This document shows positions 52,428-64,000 of a DNA stretch of 64,000 nt, piece by piece. The DNA is from Chrysomallon squamiferum (Eukaryota > Animalia > Mollusca). The translations under genes were made by a program, and so were the position numbers. Location: positions 8,370,001 to 8,434,000 of the forward strand of contig CM022669.1 in assembly GCA_012295275.1 (NCBI GenBank). The letters are read 5' to 3'. Numbering within the stretch: the stretch's first letter is position 1; each line of letters starts with the position of its first letter. The notes under the pieces are model-generated. The model worked only from the letters and a program-made list of their open reading frames with translations. It had not been told where the DNA came from and did no database searches.

Positions 52428-55400
52428 AGTTCTGGTAGTAAGTTACAATGTGTATGAAATGGGTAAAGCTATTATCATGTCTGTATTTATTCAAGCATAT
52501 CTGTCATGGCCTGTGACTGATTGATCAGCTGACATGCTTGATGACAGTTTGTCTCACCTCACTGTACATGAGAGATGAAGCAGTGGTGAGAATGTTTTAG
52601 AAATATTTTCTCTTTTTGAAACTAATACACAGGCATGCAGTCTGTGTGTGTGTTTTTCCATTTATCTATACAGTTACTTATTATCTTGCAAAATAACACC
52701 TAACAAATAAATATTTATACATGCATCTATATTTGTCTGAATCTATATATATCTGTCTGAGTGCCTGTCTGTCTATCTATCTATCTGTCTGTCAATAAAT
52801 CTGTTTATCTATCTACCTATGTACCTACCTATCTATCTGTATTTTTATCTACCTATATTTATATGTGTATCTATGTATATGAATATATCAGACTGTGTCT
52901 ATCAATCTGCATACATATATTTCTGTGTATCTGTTTTATATCTGTGTTATCTGTCTGTTTATCTACCTGTGTCTGTATGTTTAATGATTTAAAACACATT
53001 ACACTAAAGAGGCATTATATTATTTTTTACCTGTGATAGAAGTTTTTTTTTTATACTACCACATTATTATGTAGGTTGACTTGTCATTGCTGATAACAAA
53101 AGAAACTAAAATAAAGTAATAACAATCTAAAACTTTGAATGTTTCTGTTTTACCACTTCACAAATTGAGTGTGATGCCATCATTTACATAGCAGACTGTT
53201 AGATCTATTGTTTTTTTCTGAAAACACTAAGAAACTTTGAGAAAACTGGTTTGCCCTACACAGTGTGTGTTATCACATAATGACTGGAGAAATGGCAGAA
53301 TCCAGACTGTAGAAATAAATTTAAAAAAAAAAAAAAAAAAAAAAACAGCAAATTATAACGTGACTATTTAAATAAAAAATAAATAAATCAATCAATAAAT
53401 TAATAAATTAATAAATAAATAAATAAATAAATAAAAATAATAAAACATAATTTGGAAGAATGCAAAATACATTTAGACCATTTCTTCATATTACTGAACA
53501 TATAATTTAAAAGGAAAACATTTTTTTTTTTATCAAAATATCGCAGTAAGTATTATTCACGAAATTTGAAACTGGTGGCAATTTTAAATCTGTCTGTCTG
53601 TCTGTCTCTTGGAGATTTATTAATCTGGTCTCGCAGCCCACTTTTAAACTGATCAGGTTAAAAAAAAAAAACTCTTCTATATGACAAATGATGTGCTTCG
53701 ATCTCTTTAATTCTTAGAGTTAGCCATTTCCTGGAAGATGACTAAATCGGAGAAAAATCATTCATCAACGTCTGTTTAAATCTCGCAGGAGGTATTCATT
53801 ATGTTGTGTTGACAGACTATGTCTTTCTTACCCTCTTTTTTTTCTCCTTTTTTTTTTTTTCAACTCGAAATCAGCCAAGAAGTTTTAAAAGATTTATAGA
53901 CAGAAAATGACTTGTTGAAGTAAGTCAGAAAGGTCTGTTAAGTATCAAATTATTGGGATTCCAAATTAATTGTGAAAGATAAAAAAAGAAAAGAAAAAAA
54001 AATAAATAAAAGAAAAGGGAATCGGGGAAAATTGTTTTACTGAAGATGTAGGTGGTAATGGTGTTACTGGTGGTGATGTTGATGTTGGTGATGATGTAAT
54101 GACTGTGGTTTTGTGATGGTGTTAGCTGTAATGGTCTGTGATAATGAAGATGGTGATTGTGGTGTTAATGATGATAATGTGCTAATGATAATTTACAGTT
54201 TACTGATTTGAAAATAGAAAAGTAGGATGTACATAACTGAGCCCATAGAGAGCCCACAGTGACACTCACCATTGCAAAGTGTCATTTACTATTATGAACA
54301 AACACAGACATATTTGTCTCATTGAAAAGTCAATAACACTGGTTTAAACTAAATTTTATCTTGTCTTCCATTGCTTGTCTGGAACTCATACTTCTCTAGT
54401 GTGAAATGACAAAGCCATCATCATCATCATCATTACTGACAGTAACAGTCATCATTGTCATGACAAATGATACATTATTAACACAAGCTTCTGCAATAAC
54501 AGACGTTTTCTTCAGACCAATTTACCAGCGATGTATAATTTCCTAAATTTATTTATTTTTTCTTTCTTTCTGTGTTAATGCACTGTGGTCCAGTGCTGAG
54601 GTAGAGACAGCAGATACCTGCTAATCGCAGACACTTCAGACAAGTCTCACAACCAGACAGACGGAGAGAAGCTTGCTCTCCATTTCCTGTCTGCAGATAT
54701 AATTTTTCTTGAAGATGTTTCGTCGTGTGAAAAGTGTCATCATCCAAATTGTTATTTACAGAAGCAATCTTGTTTGACAAAATTAAATTTCCAGCCTTGT
54801 TGAATAATTTATACACTTCTGTCTGAGTAGGTGATGTCACTTTGTTGGATGGGTTTAAAAGTTTAATGTTGACAGCACTTTGAATCAACCATCCCACCAT
54901 CCCAGTCTGTTTGACACTAGAAGTGTTTTCTTATCTTAGCTGAACTCAAGTTTTTTTTTTTTTTGTCCGAGTTTTTTCTTTTTCTTTTTTTAATCTTCAC
55001 TCCATTTGTGCTTGATATGTTCATTTTAGTCTGGTTTTAAAGATTTCATATCAGAACAGATTAGATGCAAATGTTTTCAAGTGTAATACTTGATATCAAA
55101 AAAGAAGAAGAAGAAGTAGTAGAAAAAGAGCTATTAAAGTTTATAGGTGTGATTCTGGTTGCAGTTCTTAAAGTGACTAACTGGTTTGTATCTGCTGATA
55201 CAGGCAGCTCAAGTTCATCTGAGTTCATTTCAGTTCCAGTGTCTTTGGTAAAACAAAGTGCAGTATTAGAATCTTGTAGAGAGAAACCTGCTTTTTCTGT
55301 AAGCTTTACCTTTAGATTTCCTCAGCAAAGGGTCCCTATTGCAATCCTTTTTTAAAGACAGTACTTCATAAGATTTGTATTTTTTGTGTATGCATGCATA

Positions 55401-55694
55401 GGTGTGTGTGAATGTATGTGTGTGTGTGAGTGGTTCATGTAATTCATTTTATTTTCTTGTACACTTAAAAAAGAAAGATATAAGTCTGACAGACAGAAAG
55501 AAAAAAAAAAAAAACATAAATCATAAACCTCAACAAACATGAAAGTAAGTTTTGATTGAAGTATGTTTTTAGCTGACGTCAAACTGAAGTATGTTATTTA
55601 TATTCACAAACACATGACATGAGTGCATTTTCCTTACATCACGAATGACAATTTAATTGATTATGTAGTCGTATCCAGTATTGTTGAGAGCAGA

Positions 55695-55755
55695 TGAAAG
55701 AAAGACGAGGTTTATTTAATGACCAACTCAACATAATATTTTAATTTTCAGTAAC
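55695..55755 (-). mobile_element. SINE 3' tail fragment
   Basis: The reverse complement ATGTTGAGTTGGTCATTAAATAAAC..TCTTTCTTTC resembles the tail at 58497-58534. Confidence 0.35.
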
Positions 55756-57552
55756 CTGTCATCTCTTTTACACACTTGATCACACTCACAGACACATGCC
55801 GAAACAGACAACCACCCACACAAAATTGCCACTTCATTCCTGGTAATTTCATATACTTGTAAAGACCTCATAAAACGGACATTACTTGAAGTAGCCATGC
55901 ATTAAACATTAAACACAACACTCAAAAATCTTTAATTTTATTTTCACAAATACATAATCCACATTCATAACTTTTTTTTTATTCTTACAAATACAATCTG
56001 TATATATTTTTTTTTTTTTCTTGCGGCAATATGTTCTACAATTTCTTAACGCTTCAGGTTAGATAGACTGTAAATATTTGATACGAAATCGTCATTCTTC
56101 AGAGCATGAATTGTATTTCAGTGGCTTCATATTTTTCAAAATCAATGACAATAATTTGCTTTTAACACCAGCGAGACAGAGACCCAGAGTCTAGCAGTTC
56201 AACAAAAGTCTGATTGTGCTGGCAGTGAAAAAAGCAGTTGCTTCAAGCCATAAAAAAACAGAAACTTGCCTGGGAATAGCAGAAATGGGACTAATAGAAT
56301 TCCTGCTGAATCTTTTTGATGCTGGCATTTTTAGCACCATCTACAACCAAGATGGGATGGAAAGTGTCAGGGATGTGGGTTTTTTTTTTTTTTTTTTTTT
56401 TTGTTGAGAGTTTGAGGCTTAAGTTGAAAAACAGAAGTTTATTGGGGATTTTTTTAGTTTAATAGAGGAAAAATTGATTGGGGTGAATGTTTTGGAAATT
56501 ATTTTCTTTTATGTTAATTTGACAGCTCTGAAATTAAAAAAAAACAACTGAGGAATTTTCTCACAATTTCATATTATAAATATATCAAATAAAAAAGAAT
56601 GAAGAACAGAAAAAAGATGAGAAAGAATGAGACCTTCAGCTGAAAAAATCCTATACTTAATTTTAAAAATTAGTTTAAAAAAAAAAAAAAAGAAAAAAAA
56701 AAAAAAACTTCTCCAAAAAATTGCTATATAATTTGTTAACTATTCCTATCTGAAAGACTTTCATAAATTCAAAATAACAAAATTCCTATACCATATATAT
56801 ATTTTTTTTATTTAAATCTTTCTTGAAACAAATGACGGTTTGGAAGCATCCTAGACTCATTTGTTTTGTCAAGTGAAAAATCATTAAGAAGATGTTATAA
56901 TGATCATTAATGGATGCAGACGCTGAACAACAACTGCACATTATTATTACTTCTCTTGCTACTTGGTGGGGTGGGGTGGGGGTGAGCGATAACAAAATGG
57001 AAATAAACATAACAGACATTAAGTCTGCAACTGTCTCGTGTAATTGGTCCAAATTAGCTCTTTGCATCAATCTTTATTCACCGTTTTATGACAGAATGCC
57101 TTGTCGTTTTATTGTGAAATATTCATTAACGACTGCAGAACGCGAAATTATTGATAATCATTATTATTTTTACAGCCAGGACAATGAGAAAAATAGCTTT
57201 AATTTTCTTCATGCTTCCAACGGATTGCGGACCACTGCTTGAATAGAACAGTTTCTTTTGACATCTCACTCTCGCTTTTGACATCTCACTCTCACTGCCC
57301 TGGTCTGCCTCCATAGCGTTTCTCACTCCAGACTTTTATTGTGATGGTACACAGAGCTATGTAGCTGTGATTCACTAATTTTAAACGATAAACTATAAAA
57401 AAAAATATTTATATCTTCCTTACTGAATGTGGAAGATCATGATATAAACATTTGCTGCTTAAAACATGTATCTGTTTTAATTTATTTCTCAGATAAATAA
57501 CTGAAAATCTCAGATTTTATTATAAAATTTTCACTTTTTAATGTTTTCTCAC

Positions 57553-57685
57553 TCTAACCTGTGTTCTACAACTGACTGATCAAAGATTTTTTTTTTTGTA
57601 TGCATGGGAAGGTGCAGATAAAGGATCCCTTGTTGTTAACTGGTAGGAGTAACCCATGATGTGATGGCTGCTGGTTTCTCTCATG
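57553..57685 (+). mobile_element. Decayed SINE copy (best-preserved central domain)
   Basis: ATGGGAAGGTGCAGATAAAGGATCCCTTGTTGTTAACTGGTAGGAGTAACCCATGATGTGATGGCTGCTGGTTTCTCTC. Confidence 0.65.
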
Positions 57686-58334
57686 TGTTACAGAATATTT
57701 GATAATCTAATTACTGTTAGTTCATGAGAAACTGAAACTTAACACAGATACACCTACTCATAAACAGTTACAGCTAAAACAATATTTTGTTTGAAACTGA
57801 GGTTCAGCAGAAAGGAAACTACATTAGCTATCTTCTTTTGTTAATTCCATCCATTTGACGAGAGCACTGAGAAAGCTATCTGTTTCTGTTGAGTGCAATC
57901 ATTACCATACCTTATATCTGCTGTGCGTTTGTGATGTGCTTTATGTGCGAAATGTGATAGCAGCAGACACAAATGTGAAAAAATTGAAAACAATATTTTA
58001 TTACACCTTTCTAACATGGTTATGACACTAAGTCAACAAAACTTGTTGAAGATGATGTTAAGAAAATAATGAAAGGTTTTTGGTTTCAGAAAGGAAGGAA
58101 ACATCATTTATGTCAGACGTGTATCTTTTCCTGCATTCTCAGCCAAAGATCTGAGATAGTTTCACTGAGAAATTTAAACTTCTCCATGTATTTCCCAGTT
58201 GTGTATTAATGCAGTTTTTTTAAAACGTGTGTTCTACATTGGATATTTTACAGTTTGGTATCAGTATAATAGATCTTGAAACATATGTGCTGTTTCACTC
58301 TTGGTATTCACAACTGCTTAGTATTTAAAACCTG

Positions 58335-58534
58335 AACTAAGGCAGGATTAATCCTCAGTGAACCCATTTGGTTATTTCCCAATCCAACCAATTTACCATG
58401 ACACATAGTTTACGTGAAAGGTATGTGCTGTCTTGCCATTAATTAGCAGCATGTGGTTTTTTTCTCCTTATCTGTCTTGGTTTTATGCAGAGATTAAAGA
58501 TGTGTTCAGTTCAGTGTTAATTAAAATACTTCCT
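58335..58534 (+). mobile_element. Decayed, internally deleted SINE copy
   Basis: CAGGATTAATCCTCAGTGAACCCATTTGGTTATTTCCCAATCCAACCA..GGTATGTGCTGTCTTG.. followed by the tail ATGTGTTCAGTTCAGTGTTAATTAAAATACTTCCT. Confidence 0.55.
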
Positions 58535-60934
58535 GATACCAACTGACTTTTGCATCCTATACACACTCACACACCTCTTGCATAAATATAGATTTCTGAA
58601 GTAATTACACTCGGTTATGTAAATGAATGTCTTTTTAAATTATAAAACTTATAAACTTCGGTTCTGGAACTAATACTCCCTTTACATACCTAGATTCGTA
58701 ACAGCTCTGGAATTAACATGAGCTTTACACCTATGCATATTTTATATGTATATTTGCATCTCGGGAATTAACGCAGACATTTGAAGTACATTCACTTCTC
58801 GGTTATGACATTAACAAAGACATTTAAATCAGTGTTTTCAATGCTGAGCAGTTCAGGGTGAGTGCAGGCAGTTAGAAACATCACATAAAAATTGCACGCA
58901 TTCCACGAGATGACTGTGCGGGATGAACAGACGTTGATTCCTTCTGTTTTTCCGCGCGCTGATGTCAACGTTGTTTTTTTTTTTTTTTTTTTTTACGGCA
59001 TGCACAACAACGTTGAGTTTGAGTTAATGTATCAGGCACGTGAGGTATAAGAGACATAGCAGGAACATGTGTCAGAAACACTCTCAGAGTTTCTTTCTTT
59101 CTTTCTCAGGACATGTTCATTAGGTAGGTAGGCAGTGTTTGTTAGAATGGGACAGGTGGTTTGAATATCACCAGCGTTGTTTGCTCAAAAAAAAACCCCA
59201 AAAACCCTTTTATCTCACTGTCTTCTCTCGAGAATTTCACCACCCTTTTTGCTAATTTAAAAAAAAAAAAAAAATAATAATAATAAAAAAAAAAAAAAAA
59301 AAAAAAAACACCCACAGTTCTGTATCAGTGTTTATCTCAGAGTAGTACTGTATTTCTGTGCAGCTGCTTACAACATATTTTATACATATTTTTCTTTAAA
59401 AAAAGTAAATAAATAAATAATAATAAATAAATGGATCTGTGAGAGGCTGTTAACACTGCTGTCTGTTAATAATGACCTCAGAGCAGTCTTGTCTTTCTGT
59501 GCAGCTGCTAAAAATACACTCGTATCACTGGAGAGAAATATCTTCATCTGAACATGCCAGACATCCTCTTCAACAATTACATATTTACTGTTGTGTGCTT
59601 GAGAATAACTGTCACAGAAAACACATACATCTTCCTCCTTCAGACAGGAGGCATCAGCGATACAGAAATGCAGTTTAGAAATCAGAAGCAGTTTTCAGTG
59701 GGTTTCTGTGGCACCAAGACATGTAAATGCCTGATCCGGTATTTAAACCTATTTCATCTTTCTGTTCAATGATGGTCGAATCTATGACAAATATGTAAAT
59801 GGTGTTACAGAAATTAAATGATTAATTCTTATTTTTATTTATTGACATTTACTGTTAAAACACTGTTAATGTTTTTTAAAAGTACACAGGTAGAAAGATG
59901 AGGTTATTATTATTATTATTTTGTTGTTGTTGTGGTTATTAAGATATAATAATGCAACAAAGAAACAGAAGAGTAATGTACAGATAAAGATGTTTTAAGT
60001 ATCACAATCAGTTTATTTCAAGATATTCCACAGTCAACAGATAAAAGCTAAAGACTTATTATTATACTTTATTATTAGCAAAGGTTACACCTGAGCAATA
60101 AATAAAACAAAGTCTCACAAGGATATTGAAAAAAAAAAAAAAAATAAAAAAAAAAATAAATAAAATAAATAAAATGATTAAAATAAATAAAATAAATAAT
60201 TAAAAAAATAATGATGATGATGATGATGATAATAATAATGTATGTGTATATATATATTTTTATATTTATATGTACTGGGTTAACATCATTACTACAGGTG
60301 TACTTTAATACAAAGTTGTATAGAAGAGAAAAATCAATGGAAAACAAGAAGAAAAACACAGTTTTCAAATTAGTATTAATAACAAAACAGTGTACGTGGA
60401 CACTTCGGAACATGAGAGAATTTCAGCTGACACACTTAAAGATATTTAAAATTATCTTAACTACTTGACTTCTTTCTTTTTTCTCTTAGAAAATCTTTCC
60501 CATAAAAAAATCAATTCTTAGTCGCTTCTTATTAATAATTCTGCTTAATAATGGAGTTTCGTCTTCAGAATTATGTGGTTTCTTTGTGTGTTCATTTGTG
60601 TGCTTCTTATTTTCAGTGAGTTTGATTAAGTTAATGGTGTTTCAGCTTGAAAAATGGTCAGTTATTCACAATCAAAGTATTATTAATATTGAAGATGAAT
60701 ATCAATATAATGACATACTCTGAAATTGATTTCCCTTCATTTCTTCAAAATTCTTTTATTGGGTTTGTTGAAATTAAAGCCTAATATTTAAATATTCTTG
60801 AAACACATTTGTTGTTATTTTTTTTTTTTTTTTTTATTTTTTTATTTTTTGCTTTAAAATAAAAAAAAAATAAATAAAATAAAATAAAATAAGTCTTTAA
60901 AATAAATTAAAACCTCATTTTAAAATTAAAAAAC

Positions 60935-60952
60935 AAAAAAAAAAAAAAAAAA

Positions 60953-61019
<67 letters not shown>

Positions 61020-61060
61020 AATAAATAATAATAATGATGATGATGATGATGATGATGATG
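60935..61060. repeat. Long poly(A) grading into (AAT)/(GAT)n
   Basis: About 80 A with a single T interruption. Confidence 0.97.
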
Positions 61061-61746
61061 GTGATCATGCTGATGATATAAACTGACATCTGTGCATTCT
61101 GAAAAATAATAGAAAAGAGATATCAATTGTTTGATGTACGAAAAGCTCTGCCCAGGAAAGATCACAACACTTTGTAGCTTCCATATAGAAGAAGAAAAAT
61201 AAATAAATAAATAAAAACAAGAAATAAAGAAAGTTGTTTGAACTTCAAAAAATACAATGCTGGCAAGCACAGCTTTGCAGGTTGAAGATGAAAAATAAGA
61301 TGTGTCACTGTGATGTACATTAGAAAGATTACTCTTACAGTCTTCGGCAGTGAAAGTTAAAAGCTTTTTGTGCATCAGACTTCATGCTGGTCATGTGTCT
61401 ATAAATTTCACACCGTTTCTTATTTTTTTTATTATCTTCACATCCATTAAAACCATAATGTATTTTTTTTTTGGCATTTTTTAAAAAATATTTGTCATGT
61501 GCAAAATGGACTAAAAAAGAAAAAAAATGTACATGATAATTTATGTGGTTGTCAAAATATATAATTTTGTAAATTTTTTCTTTGTATATTATTAACTTTG
61601 GCAAAAATTAGAAGTATTATTAATATTTTAATGTCAGTAAAAGTTAATTTTCTTTCATAAAAATTAGACTGCTGTGTTTTAAAAATGTATAGATGAAAAA
61701 CATTCTCGTCTGAAAAATAAATTCAGTTACTTTAAAAATGAGAATT

Positions 61747-61749
<3 letters not shown>

Positions 61750-61835
<86 letters not shown>
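61750..61835. repeat. (CT)n microsatellite
   Basis: Direct reading. Confidence 0.98.
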
Positions 61836-61837
<2 letters not shown>

Positions 61838-62867
61838 AAAGTAAACACATAAGAAATGAGCTGAATGTTATGTAAACAGAGCTTATCTTTGTCTAAAAAT
61901 AAAACTTTATTAACATATTTGAAGTCAAGATAAATTTATTTACAGACCTCTCAGTCATGTCTGAATGGCTGTTTTGAATTTTTTCTCTGTTGATATCCTT
62001 GCATCTTCTTTCTGTACTGTTATTTGAAATATTTTTGTGTTTGTTGACTATGGTAATAAAATACAGTCAAAAGATTAAACTCTTTTCTCATGCTTTGGTT
62101 TAATGATGGAAAAGAATGCAGTTCCTTTAATCACTCTTGACCTCAGTATTTATGTATTTTATATTAGAGTTAAGTGCCCTTTATTGGAACTCTTTTGTGT
62201 TTTATTACAAACGATGTTTAGTCATGTTTGTACAAGGAAACAATGCAAACATTTAAGAAAATAAAAAAATAAAAATCCCCTTTTTACCAACCCTTGTGAA
62301 AAAATACAATAAAATACAATAAAATACAGTAAAATAAATCAAATGAAATTAAACCACATTTGAACTATAGTCTATATATATATTTTTTTAAATATCACTA
62401 TTTCAGTTTAAAATATTTTATTACATACTTTTCTTGTGTAAGGGATAAATTGCATTGAACTTTGCCTTCTAGAAGAGGATTCATTTATTTTCTTCAGAGA
62501 AACACAATAAAACATCTGACGTGAATACCTATATGCAGTAAGTAATGTTAGAATTAGGTTTTAGTGGAAACAAGAAACCAGTCTACAGCTGTGACTGGGA
62601 ACCAGTGTCAGTCAACAAGAAAAAGCAGTCAGCACTTTTTTGACAGTGAGAAAAGCAGTAAAACAAACTTAATTGTAAAAAGTAATTTGAAACCAGTTTT
62701 CTGCTGATTCTGTGACCTGAAAGATTATGTGTGTATCCTGCTATATTTCAGCTTGAAACTTGATGATAGAGACAGGAACAAAATTTGTTTTTAAAACATA
62801 CTGCTGTGTCATTATACTGCCAGTGTTAACATCCCTGCCTCTTCTCAAATACTCCTCATTCTGAAGT

Positions 62868-63597
62868 TACTGCTACTGCTGTACTGTCATCATCAGCAGA
62901 TTACCACCCACACCTACTACTACAACTATAACCACCATTAGTTCTGCTATCACTGTTAATGTAACCACCAGTACTTCTACTACTACTACCACTACTGCTA
63001 CCAATTCTGTTACTATTTCTACTACCACTATTACTACTACTACTACTACCACTACTGCTACCAATACTGTTACTATTTCTACTACCACTATTACTACTAC
63101 TACTTCTACCACAACCACAATTGCTGCCACTACAACAATTTGTATCACCACTACTACCACCACTATTACTATTACTACTGTTGCTGTTACCACTATCACT
63201 ACTACAACCAGTACTACCACCAACAATTTGTATCACCACTACTACCACCACTATTACTATTACTGCTATTACTGCTACCACTACCAATACTACAACCATA
63301 ACTACTATATCTATTACTATTACTACCACTACTACTATTACTACTACTACTACTACTACTGGTATTACCATTATTACTACTACTTTTACTACTACATCTA
63401 CTGCTACAATCACTACAACCACCACCACCACAACTACTATATCTATTACTATTACTACCACTACCACTATTACTACTACTACTACTACTACTACTGGTAT
63501 TACAATTACTACTGCTACCAACAGTACTACCACTTTTACTACTACATCTACTACTACAATCACCACCACCACCACCACCACAACTACTGCTACCAGT
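62868..63597. repeat. Degenerate (ACT/ACC)n tract with higher-order internal duplications (60, ~87 and ~135 bp)
   Basis: ACTACTGCTACCAAT.CTGTTACTATTTCT at 62991/63051; ACAATTTGTATCACC at ~63135/63222; ACTGGTATTAC at ~63358/63493. Confidence 0.93.
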
Positions 63598-64000
63598 ATA
63601 TCAGTAGAAAAGAAGAAAAATTAAAAAAAAATGGAGAAATTTTGAAAAAAAGAAACTTTATTTTTTTAAGACCAAATCAAGTGAAACTGAACAGCCTGCT
63701 ACACTGGCCCGGGGGTTATCACTTTAACATAGACAATTACAGTTTGACTTTGCTGTTTTTCCTACTCTGTGACTGCTGGGTGAGAGACTTCTGTGTAAAT
63801 ATTGCTGCAGTTCTAACTAATTACATGCAGTGTTTTCGGTGCACTGCTAAATTTACACATGACACCTTCATTACAGAACAGCTCTTCATTCACGGAGGAA
63901 TTTAAGTGTTTTGATTTAAACTAAAATAAATATATATAAATAATAACAAAAAATAATAATAATAATAACAAAAAAAAGTAAGTAAATAAAAAATAAATAC

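Noticed and set aside
56965-56982. G-quadruplex GGTGGGGTGGGGTGGGGG
   Set aside because: Only three runs of 3 or more G; isolated and unremarkable.
60935-61017. Poly(A) tail of a retrocopy or LINE
   Set aside because: No recognisable element body or target-site duplication upstream; long A/T runs are ubiquitous in this window.
63121-63905. Thr-rich mucin-like and Tyr/His-rich ORFs
   Set aside because: These are translations of a degenerate (ACT/ACC)n tract that is open in several frames on both strands, with no signal peptide or splice context; similar tracts occur at 10.9 and 38.1 kb.

Overview
AT-rich, microsatellite-dense eukaryotic (animal) DNA that looks almost entirely intronic or intergenic. 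A mollusc, possibly a gastropod, is my guess from the SINE relics; this is inference only. I can support no protein-coding gene, rRNA, intact tRNA, CRISPR array or autonomous transposon. Most ORFs in the supplied track are translations of simple repeats, and the rest show no recognisable domain. The sequence does show: many microsatellites; about a dozen minisatellites (10-131 bp units); about 8 decayed copies of one tRNA-headed SINE family; probable MITE/DNA-transposon relics; and a near-perfect 74-bp-stem hairpin at 34978-35131. It also shows signs of a large + strand transcription unit: a CpG-rich promoter-like island ending in a splice donor at 10481, further donor-terminated segments at 21008 and 29642, and a well-bounded internal exon candidate at 48112-48296. 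The strongest unexplained signals are four. First, a non-tandem cluster of 17 CAGGTR motifs on both strands (28610-29475). Second, minisatellites whose units carry canonical transcription-factor sites (CRE; forkhead in two unrelated arrays). Third, a minisatellite built from the exon's own 5' splice site. Fourth, a window-scale switch from CpG-retaining to CpG-depleted sequence. No new biological system is demonstrated; the findings are testable hypotheses, and all counts were made by hand.
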